A stretch of DNA of 64,000 bases from Podarcis cretensis (taxonomy: Eukaryota), in contig OX638154.1 in assembly GCA_951804945.1 (NCBI GenBank), positions 83,080,001 to 83,144,000 of the forward strand, written 5' to 3'. The position numbers and the translations under genes are program-made. A model generated the notes under the pieces. The model worked only from the letters and a program-made list of their open reading frames with translations. It did not search any database and was not told the DNA's origin. Positions within the stretch are counted from its first letter, which is position 1. Every line of letters starts with the position of its first letter. This document shows positions 62,213 to 64,000 of the stretch, in pieces.

Positions 62213-63314
62213 GATGGAGCCAGTCGTCTTCTCCTCAGATGCCAGCATTCAGAATTGTTGTTGTTGTTGTTTTACAGGCTGATAAAGCCGAGAAAGAAAT
62301 ATTCATATCAGTATTACCTTTTCCCTTTCAAAATGGAAACACTCCAGGAACGAAATGCCTAAACTGACAGATAGCTTTGTCAATTGGGGGGAGGGGGGGA
62401 GGGGAAATGACCTTGAAGTAATATGCCACTCCAAATAGGAAAAAGTCTGAAACCTCAAGATCTAAGAAAATGTGTTTGAATCATGAATCTCCATCTTGTG
62501 ATATTAAAGGGGGGTGGGAAGAAGCCACCACTGGTATTAATTTCTGACTACAATGAGATGGCACAGGTGGTTGCCCCAAATGTCAGTAACACCATCTGAC
62601 GTGTAAATCATTTTAATTATCAAGTACAATCGGTGCTAATTGATGCGTTTGTGGTGAAATAAGGAACCGTAGCAAGATCCTTGCTCCTGTGGAATTTGCT
62701 TTTAAAAATAATCTCGAATGCCTCAAACTACACAGTGAGCAGGGTCACATGACACATGCTGGACTTGGCAATGGCTCCTGTGGAGGTGGAGGTGAGTCCA
62801 GCATAGAGCATCCAGAGCAAAATCCCTTTGTTGCTCAGGCTGACGAGCAAACCTTACCTGAAAGCCCTTACAGAAGTCAGGGAGCATCACCTTCTCTCTT
62901 TGGCCCATTGGTGCAAAGAGGCCCCCTAGTTTGATGGAACTGCTTTCTTTGCATTTTCTGTTTTGGTAAGAACTGGTTGGATTGGATACCCAGGCTAGAT
63001 CCCAGGCAGCTCTCACATTGTCATAAGAGCTAGTTACCCTTCACCACATGAGGAAGCATTTATTGGTGTCTTCTGAAGATCAGGAGTAATGCCTTATACA
63101 GTAGCCATAACCTGGTTTAAGGACTGGCATGTCCCTGGGGATTTGAGTTAGGGATTCCACAGCTTGAATCAGAAACTTGGTAGCCTGAGATGAGGCCTTA
63201 GCAGAGGGAGCTGTTGTGAACTGTACAGGCCCAGTGCTCAGAGCTGCCTTCGGACATAAAAATAATAATAGGAGCAGTACTTCTTATGTGTGGTGGTACT
63301 CAATGGTACAAGGC

Positions 63315-63680
63315 TTGGGTAGATAGCCGTGTTGGTCTGATGCAGTCGAAATAAGTGTGCACGCACATGAAAGCATATACAGTGGTAGCTCTGGTTACAA
63401 ACTTTATTCGTTCTGGATGTCCGTTCTTAGCCTGAAACCGTTCTTAACCTGAGGTACCACTTTAGCTAATGGGGCCTCCTGCTGCCGCTGCGCCGCTGGC
63501 ACACGATTTCTGTTCTCATCCTGAAGCAAAGTTCTTAACCCAAGGTACTATTTCTGGGTTAGCCGAGTCTGTAACCTGAAGCATCTGTAACCTGAAGCGT
63601 CTGTAACCAAAGGTACCACTGTACCCAGAACAAACTTAGTTGGTCTCTAAGGTGCTACTGGACAATTTTTTATTTATTTC
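63315..63680. mobile_element. Penelope-like terminal remnant interrupted by a MITE
   Basis: TAGCCGTGTTGGTCTGA.GCAGTCGAAA plus inverted GTGTGCACGCACATGAAAGC[..]AGAACAAACTTAGTTGGTCTCTAAGGTGCTACTGG. Confidence 0.7.
63380..63621. mobile_element. Tigger/mariner-type MITE (family of 10082-10309, opposite orientation)
   Basis: CAGTGGTA.CT...AGGTACCACTG TIR; TA TSD. Confidence 0.9.
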
Positions 63681-63780
63681 AATGGTACAAGATACTGTCA
63701 CCTCTCCCCCCCCCCCCATCCAAGGTAATCATTCTGCTCTGGCACTCGCAGCACTTTTATCAAGTACTAGCACCTCAAGC

Positions 63781-64000
63781 AGGTGGCGCTGTGGGTTAAA
63801 GCCTCAGCGCCTAGGACTTGCCGATCGAAAGGTCGACGGTTCGAATCCCTGCGGCGGGGTGCGCTCCTGCTGCTCGGTCCCAGCGCCTGCCAACCTAGCA
63901 GTTCGAAAGCACCTCCGGGTGCAAGTAGATAAATAGGGACCGCTTACCAGCGGGAAGGTAAACGGCGTTTCCGTGTGCGGCTCTGGCTCTGGCCAGAGCA
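63781..64000 (+). mobile_element. Sauria SINE, 5' part (runs off the window end)
   Basis: GGTGGCGCTGTGGGTTAAA..GGTTCGAATCCC..GCCAACCTAGCAGTTCGAAAGCAC..GTGCAAGTAGATAAATAGG; CpGs retained. Confidence 0.95.

Overview
Squamate (very probably lacertid lizard, Podarcis/Lacerta-like) genomic DNA, judged from a full-length lacertid-type Sauria SINE, BovB tails, squamate L2/CR1/Penelope fragments and many hAT and Tc1/mariner MITEs. I recognise no host protein-coding gene. The ORF track is almost all noise or TE remnants (RTE, BovB, L2 C-termini; a 99-bp repeat array inside a MITE). The window looks like a gene desert or a very large intron: AT-rich, repeat-free, homeodomain-motif-rich blocks (candidate conserved enhancers) alternate with TE clusters. 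Best leads: (1) a putative 3-exon minus-strand non-coding transcript (46.2-47.4 kb) just downstream of a TATA-bearing DIRS/Ngaro-like terminal repeat that could be its promoter; (2) a chain of well-formed plus-strand exon candidates (7.8, 17.0, 25.0, 44.9 kb) that splice in frame into a short ORF; (3) a mariner-type MITE carrying a 99-bp tandem array built from long GC-rich palindromes; (4) several clean nested insertions and ultra-short BovB insertions with TSDs. None of these is established as a new system; all need alignment and RNA data.
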